This document shows positions 17,133 through 25,005 of a stretch of DNA of 25,005 bases, in pieces. Below the pieces are notes generated by a model. That model was given only the letters and a program-made list of their open reading frames with translations, was not told where the DNA came from and made no database searches. The position numbers and the translations under genes were made by a program. Each line of letters opens with the position of its first letter. Within the stretch, counting starts at the first letter, position 1. Source of the DNA: a virus (Duplodnaviria; Caudoviricetes); IMG/VR virus record IMGVR_UViG_3300020374_000465, positions 1-25,005 of that record. The stretch is one strand, 5' to 3'.

Positions 17133-17432
17133 ATGGAAACACATTACCAAAAATATAAAGAAACTATTAAAAAAGTAGCTCGTAGACATTACAATAAAAG
17201 GGGGTCTTGGTTAAACAAAACCTTGGCAAATAAATCTTGTAGTTATTGTGGTGAAAGCGAAACTGTGTGTTTAAAATTCCATCCTCATGATTCTGATATT
17301 CGTAAACAATCAAAGAGAGTTGGAATTAATGAAGAAAGCAGAAAAGAGATAAATGAACTTATTAATAATTGTAAAGTTGTGTGTTCAAACTGTTGGATAA
17401 AGTTAGATAATGATCTTATTGAAATTATTTAA
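17133..17432 (+). CDS. Degenerate HNH-like zinc-binding protein (99 aa; start revised from TTG 17088 to ATG 17133)
   Basis: CSYCGE...CLKFHPH...CKVVCSNCW follows the phage HNH pattern CxxCGE...L.F(D/H)H...C..LCxNCH, with the His positions altered. Confidence 0.7.
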   Translation: METHYQKYKETIKKVARRHYNKRGSWLNKTLANKSCSYCGESETVCLKFHPHDSDIRKQSKRVGINEESRKEINELINNCKVVCSNCWIKLDNDLIEII

Positions 17433-17452
17433 AAACATAAGTTTACTCCTAG

Positions 17453-17460
17453 TATAAATA
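17453..17460 (+). promoter_or_regulatory. T4-type late promoter TATAAATA for the BMP gene
   Basis: Exact consensus in the intergenic gap; AAGGAG RBS at 17493-17498; ATG at 17506. Confidence 0.85.
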
Positions 17461-17505
17461 AGAAGATTTATCAATTCAAACTTATTTACATAAAGGAGCA
17501 AACTT

Positions 17506-18516
17506 ATGAAATCATTATTTATAAACAGAAGAGAGTTCAGCGTGGGTAGTGCGGCCGCAATAGCTGCATTAACATCATTACCTACATTTGCTGGTACAAA
17601 AATAAAAGTTGCTGGAATTTATACAGTTCCAACTCAACAAAAATGGGTAGCAAGATTACATCTCGCTTTAGATGCAGCTGCAAAAAGAGGTGAGATAGAA
17701 TATGTGTATTCAGAAAGCACAGCAAATACTGACTATGTAAGAGTCATGAGAGAATATTGTTCTCAAGGGGTTCAGTTAATAGTTGGAGAAGCATTTGGTA
17801 TTAGTAAAGAAGCCAGAAAAGTTGCTGACGATTATCCACAAATAGCATTTCTAATGGGTGACCCATTTAAACCTCACGGAACTAATTTCTCAGTATTTGA
17901 TAACTACATACATGAACCTTGTTATCTAATGGGTATTCTTGCAGGTCATATGACTAAAACAAATAAAATTGGAATGGTCGGTGGTTATGCTATCGGTGAA
18001 GTTAACAGATTGTTCCATGCGTTTATGGATGGCTCTAGGTCTGTAAATTCAGATGTTCAATTTAAAGTAACATTTATTGGTTCTTGGTATGACCCACCGA
18101 AAGCAAAAGAAGCAACATTTGCACAAATAGAATCAGGTTGTGATATAATGTATGCAGAAAGAGCTGGAGTTGTTGACGCTTGTAGAGAAAAAGGTATTCT
18201 CGCATTTGGAAATGTTAACGATATGAATAAAGAAGAAAATGGAACAGATGTTGTTGTTACATCAGCATTATGGCATATGGAAGATGCGATTAATCACGCA
18301 ATAGACAGAGTTAAGTCTGGTACATTCTCCTCTGAAGAATATCACGATTGGACAATGATGGCAAAAGGTGGAGCATCACTTGCACCTTATTATGAATTTG
18401 CAAATAGAGGTGTAGTTGCCACGGTTAAATCTAAAATTGCAGCTTTAGCAGAAGATATTAAATCTGGTAAGTTTGTTGTGATTATAGATGACACAGAACC
18501 TAAATCTACATTTTAA
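17506..18516 (+). CDS. BMP-family (PnrA/TmpC-like) ABC transporter substrate-binding protein with twin-arginine signal peptide
   Basis: YLMGILAGHMTKTNKIGMVGG, F..G...VN, FIGSWYDPPKAKEA, GCDIMY are BMP-family hallmarks; N-terminal NRREF, an Ala-rich h-region and a TFA cleavage-like site. Confidence 0.9.
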   Translation: MKSLFINRREFSVGSAAAIAALTSLPTFAGTKIKVAGIYTVPTQQKWVARLHLALDAAAKRGEIEYVYSESTANTDYVRVMREYCSQGVQLIVGEAFGISKEARKVADDYPQIAFLMGDPFKPHGTNFSVFDNYIHEPCYLMGILAGHMTKTNKIGMVGGYAIGEVNRLFHAFMDGSRSVNSDVQFKVTFIGSWYDPPKAKEATFAQIESGCDIMYAERAGVVDACREKGILAFGNVNDMNKEENGTDVVVTSALWHMEDAINHAIDRVKSGTFSSEEYHDWTMMAKGGASLAPYYEFANRGVVATVKSKIAALAEDIKSGKFVVIIDDTEPKSTF

Positions 18517-18525
18517 ATAAAATAA

Positions 18526-19161
18526 TTAGAGAGATTTCGTTAACCATAATTTGTCTAGCCAAATCTCTCTAATATCTTTAACTTTATCATGGTTGGTATC
18601 TTCTATATTTAAATATTCACAAATTTTATCTAGTTGTGTCAACCATTTTTTAGAATAATAAACTAAACTCATATCCACAGTAAAATAATCATCATGTTTA
18701 GGTAAAGGTACTTGTTTTAAACAATCCTCTCTTATCGACTCTCCATTTATTAAATACAAACTAGGTTTAACATAATTATCTACAAAGTGGAGAATTAGAG
18801 GCCATCTTTTTTTTATTTGTAAAAGTTTAGGATTATATTTTTCTACATCTAAAAGTTCTACATTGTTATGTTTAATACTGTGAAGTATATCAAAATATTC
18901 TTCTGTAAAAAATGTATCTGTATTTTTATTACATAAAAAGTTTTTATTCCCACCTTCCCAATGTTCTTTTTTTGAGTGAGATTTAATTATGTATTCGTAA
19001 ACATCTCCGTCATAATGTTCGTTCAGATGAAAATCTTTTGACATTGATAAACATTGTATTAAAAAGTTTCCACCTGCACCATTAGAAAAATGCACACCTA
19101 CAACATTACCAATCAGTTTCGTAAGTTCTGACAACTGGGTTCCATTTTGTGCCGTATTCAT
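18526..19161 (-). CDS. Hypothetical protein with an N-terminal GAGGNFL loop (start uncertain)
   Basis: Long ORF; GGAG RBS 7 nt before ATG 19161 inside the gp17 3' end; Gly-rich loop after a beta strand resembles P-loop/sulfotransferase-like phage proteins. Confidence 0.6.
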   Translation of the reverse strand: MNTAQNGTQLSELTKLIGNVVGVHFSNGAGGNFLIQCLSMSKDFHLNEHYDGDVYEYIIKSHSKKEHWEGGNKNFLCNKNTDTFFTEEYFDILHSIKHNNVELLDVEKYNPKLLQIKKRWPLILHFVDNYVKPSLYLINGESIREDCLKQVPLPKHDDYFTVDMSLVYYSKKWLTQLDKICEYLNIEDTNHDKVKDIREIWLDKLWLTKSL

Positions 19162-20749
19162 CAACCATCTCCCCAATATTTTCTTCTTCTAAACCATTAA
19201 CAACAAATCCAAAAGGAGCCATGTCTTGTTCTAATTGATTTTGTTGTTCACTATACATTTTCTGTCTAATATTTAAATCAGTTAATTCTTTAAAATAAGT
19301 TTGATCTGTCGCCCAAGCAAAAATAACACAACACATAACTAAATCATCATTTGCACCTTCCTCTGCTCTCCATTGATTTCCAAATGAAACAAATGTAGAA
19401 AACTCATTTATTAAATCAAAATCTTGTACTAATAATTTATCTGTTTCTAATATCTGTTTTAAATTAGAACACCCAACAGATTTAACAGTTTTTGTTGTCC
19501 TCACACCTAATTGTGCTTTTCCACCAGAGTAACCTCCACCCATAATCTGACCTGCACGACCACGCATATAACACATTACTATATTATCATATTCTAAATC
19601 AAAATGCAAGTTATTTGCAACTTGTTCACCTATGTCATTAACCTCTATTAAAACATATGCATTATTATAAGCCTTTGCTACATCATGAATTTTATGAGGG
19701 AACATCAAAGGTTTTAATTCATTATCTTTAAATGTTGCTACTATTTTATATGGTATTTCTGTAACATCAAAAACAATGTATGCAGAGTTATCATTTTTAG
19801 TTCCTCTGGCAACATCTGCCGTTAACATATATGTTTTATCTTTTTGTGGTTTTTCATAAACCGATAATCCAGCATATTGTTCTATTGGAGTTTTATATGC
19901 CATACTTCTCAATTTACTCGCATTGATAAGTGTGTTTGTAGAACCTAAAAATTCACACTCAAATTCTGAATTAAATTGTTGTTGACTTGTATTTCTTATC
20001 GTTTCTTCTTTCCATTTCTCATCACGACCTGGCACTTCTGTCCAATGAACCTCAATAGGAACATAACTATTTCTTTTATGTTCTGCATCTGTCCATATTT
20101 TGTAAAACATATTCATACCATGAGGTGTAGATACAATAATAACTTTTGTAGATTTACCAGAAGTTATTGTAGGATAAACTGAACTAAAAAATTGTTCAGC
20201 AATAGTAGGTGGAACGAAAGCAAACTCATCTAAAAATATAACATTAAAAGAACCACCACGAATTGCAGAAGCAGAAGTTGAGGCCGCAAGTATTTTAGAA
20301 CCATTTTCTATCTCTAATGATCCTTTATTCCAAGACAAGATTCCTTGTTGTAACCAAGTTGGAAGATTTTCATATGCAAGTTGCAATCTACCTAATATAT
20401 CTCTTGCAGTTGCAGCTTTGTTTGCTAGTATGGCTATATTTACATTTGGATTAAATAATGCATAATGAAGTAAGTACGCTATCATTATTGTTGATTTACC
20501 AGATTGTCTAGGTAATTTGCAAATAGTAAAACGATTCTTATGAAATGTACCAATCATATCTTTTTGAAAATTATACATTCTAAAAGGAACAAGACCCTCA
20601 TCTAATGAAACAATTTTCATATAATTTTCTACAAAATATAAAGGATTATCCATACACTTTTTATACTCTGTAATGTTTTGTTTTGTAAACTCTACAGCTG
20701 TGTTTGCTTTTTTAAGATTTGGATTTCCTAGATATTGTGCGTTTGCCAT
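19106..20749 (-). CDS. gp17: gp17 terminase large subunit (start revised to ATG 20749)
   Basis: YLGNPNLK, PRQSGKST Walker A, IFLDEFAF Walker B, STPHGMN, DDLVM; GAGGA RBS. Confidence 0.98.
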   Translation of the reverse strand: MANAQYLGNPNLKKANTAVEFTKQNITEYKKCMDNPLYFVENYMKIVSLDEGLVPFRMYNFQKDMIGTFHKNRFTICKLPRQSGKSTIMIAYLLHYALFNPNVNIAILANKAATARDILGRLQLAYENLPTWLQQGILSWNKGSLEIENGSKILAASTSASAIRGGSFNVIFLDEFAFVPPTIAEQFFSSVYPTITSGKSTKVIIVSTPHGMNMFYKIWTDAEHKRNSYVPIEVHWTEVPGRDEKWKEETIRNTSQQQFNSEFECEFLGSTNTLINASKLRSMAYKTPIEQYAGLSVYEKPQKDKTYMLTADVARGTKNDNSAYIVFDVTEIPYKIVATFKDNELKPLMFPHKIHDVAKAYNNAYVLIEVNDIGEQVANNLHFDLEYDNIVMCYMRGRAGQIMGGGYSGGKAQLGVRTTKTVKSVGCSNLKQILETDKLLVQDFDLINEFSTFVSFGNQWRAEEGANDDLVMCCVIFAWATDQTYFKELTDLNIRQKMYSEQQNQLEQDMAPFGFVVNGLEEENIGEMVDEYGTKWNPVVRTYETDW

Positions 20750-20750
20750 T

Positions 20751-21173
20751 TTATTCCTCAAAAGATTGAATTGTATGCAATCCTAATTTTGCTCTATTTT
20801 TTAAATGTGCTTCTTTTATATCTTTTTTAGATTGACCTTCATATCTAACTGCATGATTTTCCTCTACCATTCTCTCATTAATATTTGTGTCAAATGCCCA
20901 CAACTCACCTAATATTCTTCCAAACTTTCCTTTAGCATCATATGTTTTTGTTTTTAAAACAATATTACCTGCTGATAAATATCTTTCCAAATATTCTTTA
21001 GCTGCAAATCCATATATCTTCTCTATGTCATCTGAAGTTCTAGATTCTGGTGTGTCAATCCCATAAAGTCTAACTCTCTCATCACGCAACCATACACCAA
21101 ATCCTAAATCTATATCTACATCTACAGTATCACCATCAACAACTTTTACTACTTTACATTGATATTCGTACAT
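20751..21173 (-). CDS. Staphylococcal nuclease (SNase/thermonuclease)-like protein
   Basis: VVDGDT, RVRLYGIDTPE, GKFGRILG. Confidence 0.92.
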   Translation of the reverse strand: MYEYQCKVVKVVDGDTVDVDIDLGFGVWLRDERVRLYGIDTPESRTSDDIEKIYGFAAKEYLERYLSAGNIVLKTKTYDAKGKFGRILGELWAFDTNINERMVEENHAVRYEGQSKKDIKEAHLKNRAKLGLHTIQSFEE

Positions 21174-21399
21174 TTGTTTTCTCCTCTAAATAAGTTACTA
21201 AATCTTGATAACCACCAATTCTAACTCCACTTTTAAAAATTTGTGGAATAGTTTTTATGCCAGGAGCTTTAGATTTTAATTCTTCTCGCAAAAGTTTTTG
21301 GTTTATATCATAGTCATTATATTCTATGCCTTCTTTAAATAACAATTCTTTTGCTTTATTGCACCAAACACAATCTGGTCTAGTATAAATATCAAACAC
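21154..21399 (-). CDS. Glutaredoxin (start probably GTG 21399)
   Basis: IYTRPDCVWC, TIPQIF, IGGY; GAGG RBS 8 nt before the GTG, which overlaps the upstream gene's end. Confidence 0.9.
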   Translation of the reverse strand: MFDIYTRPDCVWCNKAKELLFKEGIEYNDYDINQKLLREELKSKAPGIKTIPQIFKSGVRIGGYQDLVTYLEEKTNVRISM

Positions 21400-21673
21400 C
21401 TTCCATACCTCTTCTCGCAAAAATTACTTTTCTATTGTTTTCTGCTACATCTGGGTCTTTGTTTTCCATACAACCTATTTCTAAAGTTACATAATTATCT
21501 TTTCCATATGTTTCTTCCAAATAGTTTTCTAACGCATAAGTCATATTTATTGCATTGTTTCCCAAATATCTTACACATTGAGTTGCTTTTGGAAATGCAA
21601 TATGATTTGTTGCTTTATATTGTAAACTATCACCATTTATTAAAACGGCTGCATATATCATCCACTCTAACAT
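21392..21673 (-). CDS. Hypothetical protein (93 aa)
   Basis: Coupled to both neighbours; hydrophobic N-terminus and two Cys; no family recognised. Confidence 0.7.
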   Translation of the reverse strand: MLEWMIYAAVLINGDSLQYKATNHIAFPKATQCVRYLGNNAINMTYALENYLEETYGKDNYVTLEIGCMENKDPDVAENNRKVIFARRGMEGV

Positions 21674-21768
21674 TACTTTTTATCCTTTCTTTTTTTACGC
21701 TTCCTACAATGTATTCTAAGGTGTCTAAATAAATCATCACCTTGCATTGGCAAATGATCTCCTTGCAT
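21673..21768 (-). CDS. Unannotated 31-aa basic peptide MQGDHLPMQGDDLFRHLRIHCRKRKKRKDKK
   Basis: Exactly fills the gap, with TAATG stop/start overlaps at both ends and an AAAGGAG RBS 5 nt upstream. Confidence 0.75.
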   Translation of the reverse strand: MQGDHLPMQGDDLFRHLRIHCRKRKKRKDKK

Positions 21769-22115
21769 TATTTCTCCTTTAACATTCTTTGTAATTCAGC
21801 AGTTGAACCTACAAATAATGCATTAGTAACATTTTTTGGTGCATCATTTGGTACTTCTTTTAGTTTTTTCATTTTAGTTTGTAAATCGCCGAGTTTTTCT
21901 GTAACATCTCCAACTTGTTTTATTAATTGTCCAGCAACCTCATATGCTCTAGGGTGCTGACTTTGTTGGGCTAAATCTAAAATACCTTGTATCGCATCTT
22001 GACCTCTCTCAACTAAGTTGTAAAAGTTCTGTCTTTGATACTCATAATCTCTATCAACATCTGGTGTTGAATCTATTTGATTAGTTTGATATAATTTTTC
22101 TGTTCCGTTACTCAT
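21768..22115 (-). CDS. gp16: gp16 terminase small subunit
   Basis: DYEY.R...YNLVE.GQ.AI.GIL, HPRAYEVAGQLIK, NALFVGSTAELQ are typical of marine T4-like gp16. Confidence 0.92.
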   Translation of the reverse strand: MSNGTEKLYQTNQIDSTPDVDRDYEYQRQNFYNLVERGQDAIQGILDLAQQSQHPRAYEVAGQLIKQVGDVTEKLGDLQTKMKKLKEVPNDAPKNVTNALFVGSTAELQRMLKEK

Positions 22116-22678
22116 TAATCCATTTTACCTTCCTCTGGGTATAACCACCAACCCGTTGATATATATTTAGATTGATGATGAACTGGGTTTCCTCTATGTT
22201 GCCAAGGAAATGCGGCTGGAAATATTGCCATCATACCTTTTTTAGGTTGTACTCTAATATTTTCTAACAAAAATTCTGTTTCTCCCTCATTTTTCTTTAT
22301 ATCGTTTAGATATAATGTCCAAACTAAAACTCTACGAATATTTTTGTAGTGAGATATCTCTGAATGAAAATTATGAAATCCACCACCTTTGGGGTCTGTT
22401 TTTTGTATTTTAGTTTCTTTTGATATAAGTTTTTGATTCCCCCTATAAACATAAGGAAACTCCTCTAGATATAAATCTAAAGTTTTTCTTTTTACAATTT
22501 CTATTTTATTATAAAGAGAAGAATCTATTGACACCCACTTTTGTAAATCTTTTCTTGTATCTCTATTTGCTGAAACAGTTTTAGAATCTTTATCTGACTC
22601 AAACCAATCTAACATCTCTTGAACTAATTCATCTGAGGCTGCATTGTTATAAATTCTACAAAAATCACTTAATTTCAT
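22115..22678 (-). CDS. 2OG-Fe(II) oxygenase
   Basis: GGFHNFHSE, LVWTLYLND, GETEF, FPAAFPWQHRGNP, KYISTGW. Confidence 0.9.
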   Translation of the reverse strand: MKLSDFCRIYNNAASDELVQEMLDWFESDKDSKTVSANRDTRKDLQKWVSIDSSLYNKIEIVKRKTLDLYLEEFPYVYRGNQKLISKETKIQKTDPKGGGFHNFHSEISHYKNIRRVLVWTLYLNDIKKNEGETEFLLENIRVQPKKGMMAIFPAAFPWQHRGNPVHHQSKYISTGWWLYPEEGKMD

Positions 22679-22681
22679 ATT

Positions 22682-23272
22682 TTACTCCTTGTAAATAAAA
22701 ATAGGGTCTAATTTTTTATCTTTTTCAATTAACTCATATCCAATTGGAAATAATAATTCTTTTAAATTTTTTCTTTTTATTTCATTATCTAATTTTATTA
22801 TCTCTACTTGTAAAGTTGGTTTATATTTTTTAATTGTTTCTATCCCACCAAGTATGATATCATATTCACTACCCTCTGCATCTATTTTAATAAAATCAGG
22901 TTCTAATTTATATGAATCTAATTTTTTTGTTGACCTAATAGTTTTTATAATATTAGATTTATATCCTTTTTCTTTCCATCTACTAAAATTTTCTTTATAA
23001 AAAGTAGATAATCCTTTATGAATTGTGTCTATGTAAAATTCTTTATATGAATCTGTTGAATGTAATGCTTGATTGTAATATATAAATTTTTCATCCTCTA
23101 TTAATTCTACATATGGATGACAATCAAATGCAACAACTTTTTCAAAGGCTTTTATATAAATTCTAGAGTGACTACCATTACAATATCCTATATCAACACA
23201 ATTTTTAAATTCTTTTTGATATTCTAAATGTATATTTAGAGCATGAAAAATATTATCATCATCTTTTTTCAA
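22682..23272 (-). CDS. FkbM-family SAM methyltransferase
   Basis: CVDIG..NG, VVAFD, KLDS, DFIKIDAEGSEYDIILGG..TI...KP.LQVE. Confidence 0.88.
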   Translation of the reverse strand: MKKDDDNIFHALNIHLEYQKEFKNCVDIGYCNGSHSRIYIKAFEKVVAFDCHPYVELIEDEKFIYYNQALHSTDSYKEFYIDTIHKGLSTFYKENFSRWKEKGYKSNIIKTIRSTKKLDSYKLEPDFIKIDAEGSEYDIILGGIETIKKYKPTLQVEIIKLDNEIKRKNLKELLFPIGYELIEKDKKLDPIFIYKE

Positions 23273-24198
23273 GTTCTTCCTGCTTTCATAAAAGTTCTGG
23301 TGCTTGTTTTGCCTCCTCTACGACCACAATATGTTTTACATATCTCGGGTGCATTTTCTGGATTATCTTTTAACATTTTATGAAAATCAATCCATTCTTT
23401 TGAGTTAATAATATCATTTACACTTTTCACATTACCTATACTAAATTTATCATCTGTTAGTTCTGGCAAAAAACTTAAATGTTGTTGCCCTGGTTGCCAA
23501 TACCAACAACAAGGTAACAGTTTTCCTTGAAAATCCCAACCATATTCTTTATTTTTTAAACAGGCAGGATCAAATGTGTTTAAGTTTTGTTTTAATGTAA
23601 ACCCCGTTTCTGGCTTTAGTGGATTCTCATCATCAAACCTTGACGATTCAATTAATAAAAATTCCATATTTTCGTCAACAGCCATTCCGTAGGCCTCAAA
23701 ACTGTCATCCTCATTGTAATCAAAGACTATATATTGCCAAGAAACAAAAATTCCCATAGAAACACCAAGTTTCATCATTTCATATAACTTATTTCCATCT
23801 TGATTGACACGATATTTGTGACTATCTTTTGGTAAACCATCTAATCCAAAAATCCATTTTGCATTTTTGTTTGCCTCAAATGCTTTTATATACCATTCTT
23901 TTGGTTGATGTGATGCTGATGTGTGAATTTGTACTTGAATATTTCTTTGATCACATAACTCTAACATTCTTATAAAGTTAGGATTGAAAACTGGGTCAGA
24001 TATATTTCCACAAAAAAGAATTCTTTCAAAATAATCTGCGATTTTTACAAAATCTTCAAATGATAAATCATTTTTTGGAATTTTTTGATTATGTTTAACA
24101 TACCACTGGCGATCACAACCACTACAACTTAAAGTGCATTTAGAAGATATGTCTAAATTTATTGCTTTTTCTCTACTTATCTGTTCCACTTGTTTCAT
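23269..24198 (-). CDS. Radical SAM protein with C-terminal SPASM/twitch-like Cys domain (start uncertain, 24198-24219)
   Basis: CTLSCSGC (CxxxCxxC), FCGNISDP, FGLDGL, C-terminal PCC...IGNV...CKTYC. Confidence 0.88.
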   Translation of the reverse strand: MKQVEQISREKAINLDISSKCTLSCSGCDRQWYVKHNQKIPKNDLSFEDFVKIADYFERILFCGNISDPVFNPNFIRMLELCDQRNIQVQIHTSASHQPKEWYIKAFEANKNAKWIFGLDGLPKDSHKYRVNQDGNKLYEMMKLGVSMGIFVSWQYIVFDYNEDDSFEAYGMAVDENMEFLLIESSRFDDENPLKPETGFTLKQNLNTFDPACLKNKEYGWDFQGKLLPCCWYWQPGQQHLSFLPELTDDKFSIGNVKSVNDIINSKEWIDFHKMLKDNPENAPEICKTYCGRRGGKTSTRTFMKAGRT

Positions 24199-24979
24199 CA
24201 AAATTCTTCGCATCCTCAAAGAAACTTATTGTTTCATTAAATCCAAAATCATCATCAGCAGTAGCTGTAGTTGGGTTTGGTGTTACTGTGATTCGTTGTT
24301 CTCTCGTAGGTTGTACCTCTGGTAAATTACTATATTGATCAACTTGAACTTGTTTAATAATTTTTGAATCTGTAACTGGTCCATAAAGATAAAATTTAGA
24401 AGTAAATCCTAAAGTATAGATTATTGCTCTTCTTTCTGTGAATTCTCCACGATAACTATCCTCATAAGATATAGAATTTAAAACAATAGGAACATCTCTT
24501 TTAATTCCCATTTCAGGTATATCATTTATTGTAACAGTATAATCTGGTTGAAAGTATGGGAGTATTTGTTCTATCATTTGTAATGCATCATCTGATTGTT
24601 TTGCCATAGCATATAACTCAAAATCTAAATTATATGGAACTGGCATAAATTGACTATCTAGTTTTGATGTGACACCTGTTGTTCCTTGTACCTTTTTAAA
24701 TTTTTGAACTCTGTTTAATTTTCTTGTGGAATCATAAGTTAAGTTTTGTATTTCAAATGCAAGTCTTGGTAAAGTAATTGCTACTTTACTATCTAAATTT
24801 GCATCTTGATCTAATCTTGCAAGAAATTTTTGTTTTGGACCATATGCAAGTGGAACTTTCATTTTTTGGACCACTGCTCCACTATTATTTTTTCTGACTA
24901 AATTTATGTTATTAAATATTGTACCAAAGGTTACAATTATTTTTCTAATGGTTTCGTGATAGAATTGTTGTCCTAACAT
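24173..24979 (-). CDS. gp15: gp15 tail sheath stabilizer / completion protein
   Basis: FYHETIRK...FGTIFNNI, VPLAYGPKQKFL, LPRLAFEI, EQILPYFQP. Confidence 0.96.
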   Translation of the reverse strand: MLGQQFYHETIRKIIVTFGTIFNNINLVRKNNSGAVVQKMKVPLAYGPKQKFLARLDQDANLDSKVAITLPRLAFEIQNLTYDSTRKLNRVQKFKKVQGTTGVTSKLDSQFMPVPYNLDFELYAMAKQSDDALQMIEQILPYFQPDYTVTINDIPEMGIKRDVPIVLNSISYEDSYRGEFTERRAIIYTLGFTSKFYLYGPVTDSKIIKQVQVDQYSNLPEVQPTREQRITVTPNPTTATADDDFGFNETISFFEDAKNFDETSGTDK

Positions 24980-25005
24980 TATGTGCTCCCTACATCACCG
25001 AATGG
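24979..25005 (-). CDS. 3' end of probable gp14 neck protein (partial)
   Basis: Reads PFGDVGST-stop with TAATG overlap into gp15; a PFG C-terminus and this position fit gp14. Confidence 0.55.
   Translation of the reverse strand, partial: PFGDVGST

Noticed and set aside
21384-21391. Plus-strand TATAAATA inside the glutaredoxin gene
   Set aside because: No credible plus-strand gene follows; plausible by chance in AT-rich DNA.
1-25005. CRISPR array, tRNA, intron/intein, integrase or stop-codon reassignment
   Set aside because: Intergenic gaps are too short, core genes look uninterrupted and of expected size, and all read in the standard code.

Overview
AT-rich window from a T4-like (Tevenvirinae/Kyanoviridae-type, probably marine) myovirus genome, almost entirely on the minus strand. 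In transcription order (right to left) it holds: the 3' tip of gp14, gp15, a radical SAM/FkbM methyltransferase/2OG-Fe(II) oxygenase insert, gp16, an unannotated 31-aa basic ORF, a hypothetical gene, glutaredoxin, an SNase-like nuclease, gp17, a hypothetical gene, then a plus-strand island, then gp18, gp19, gp20, three small prohead-region genes, gp21, gp22, gp23, a terminator, gp3, uvsY, two 2OG oxygenases, a hypothetical gene, a methyltransferase, uvsW, an Sm-like hypothetical gene, gp55, gp47, a small hypothetical gene and gp46 (runs off the left edge). The plus-strand island between gp17 and gp18 is the most unusual element: a degenerate HNH-like zinc-finger protein and a Tat-exported BMP-family ABC-transporter substrate-binding protein, each behind its own exact T4 late promoter box (TATAAATA). 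Other points of interest are a perfect sigma70 promoter predicting a leaderless gp55 mRNA and an identical near-palindromic 12-mer at three structural late promoters. All protein calls come from motif recognition and synteny; no searches were run.
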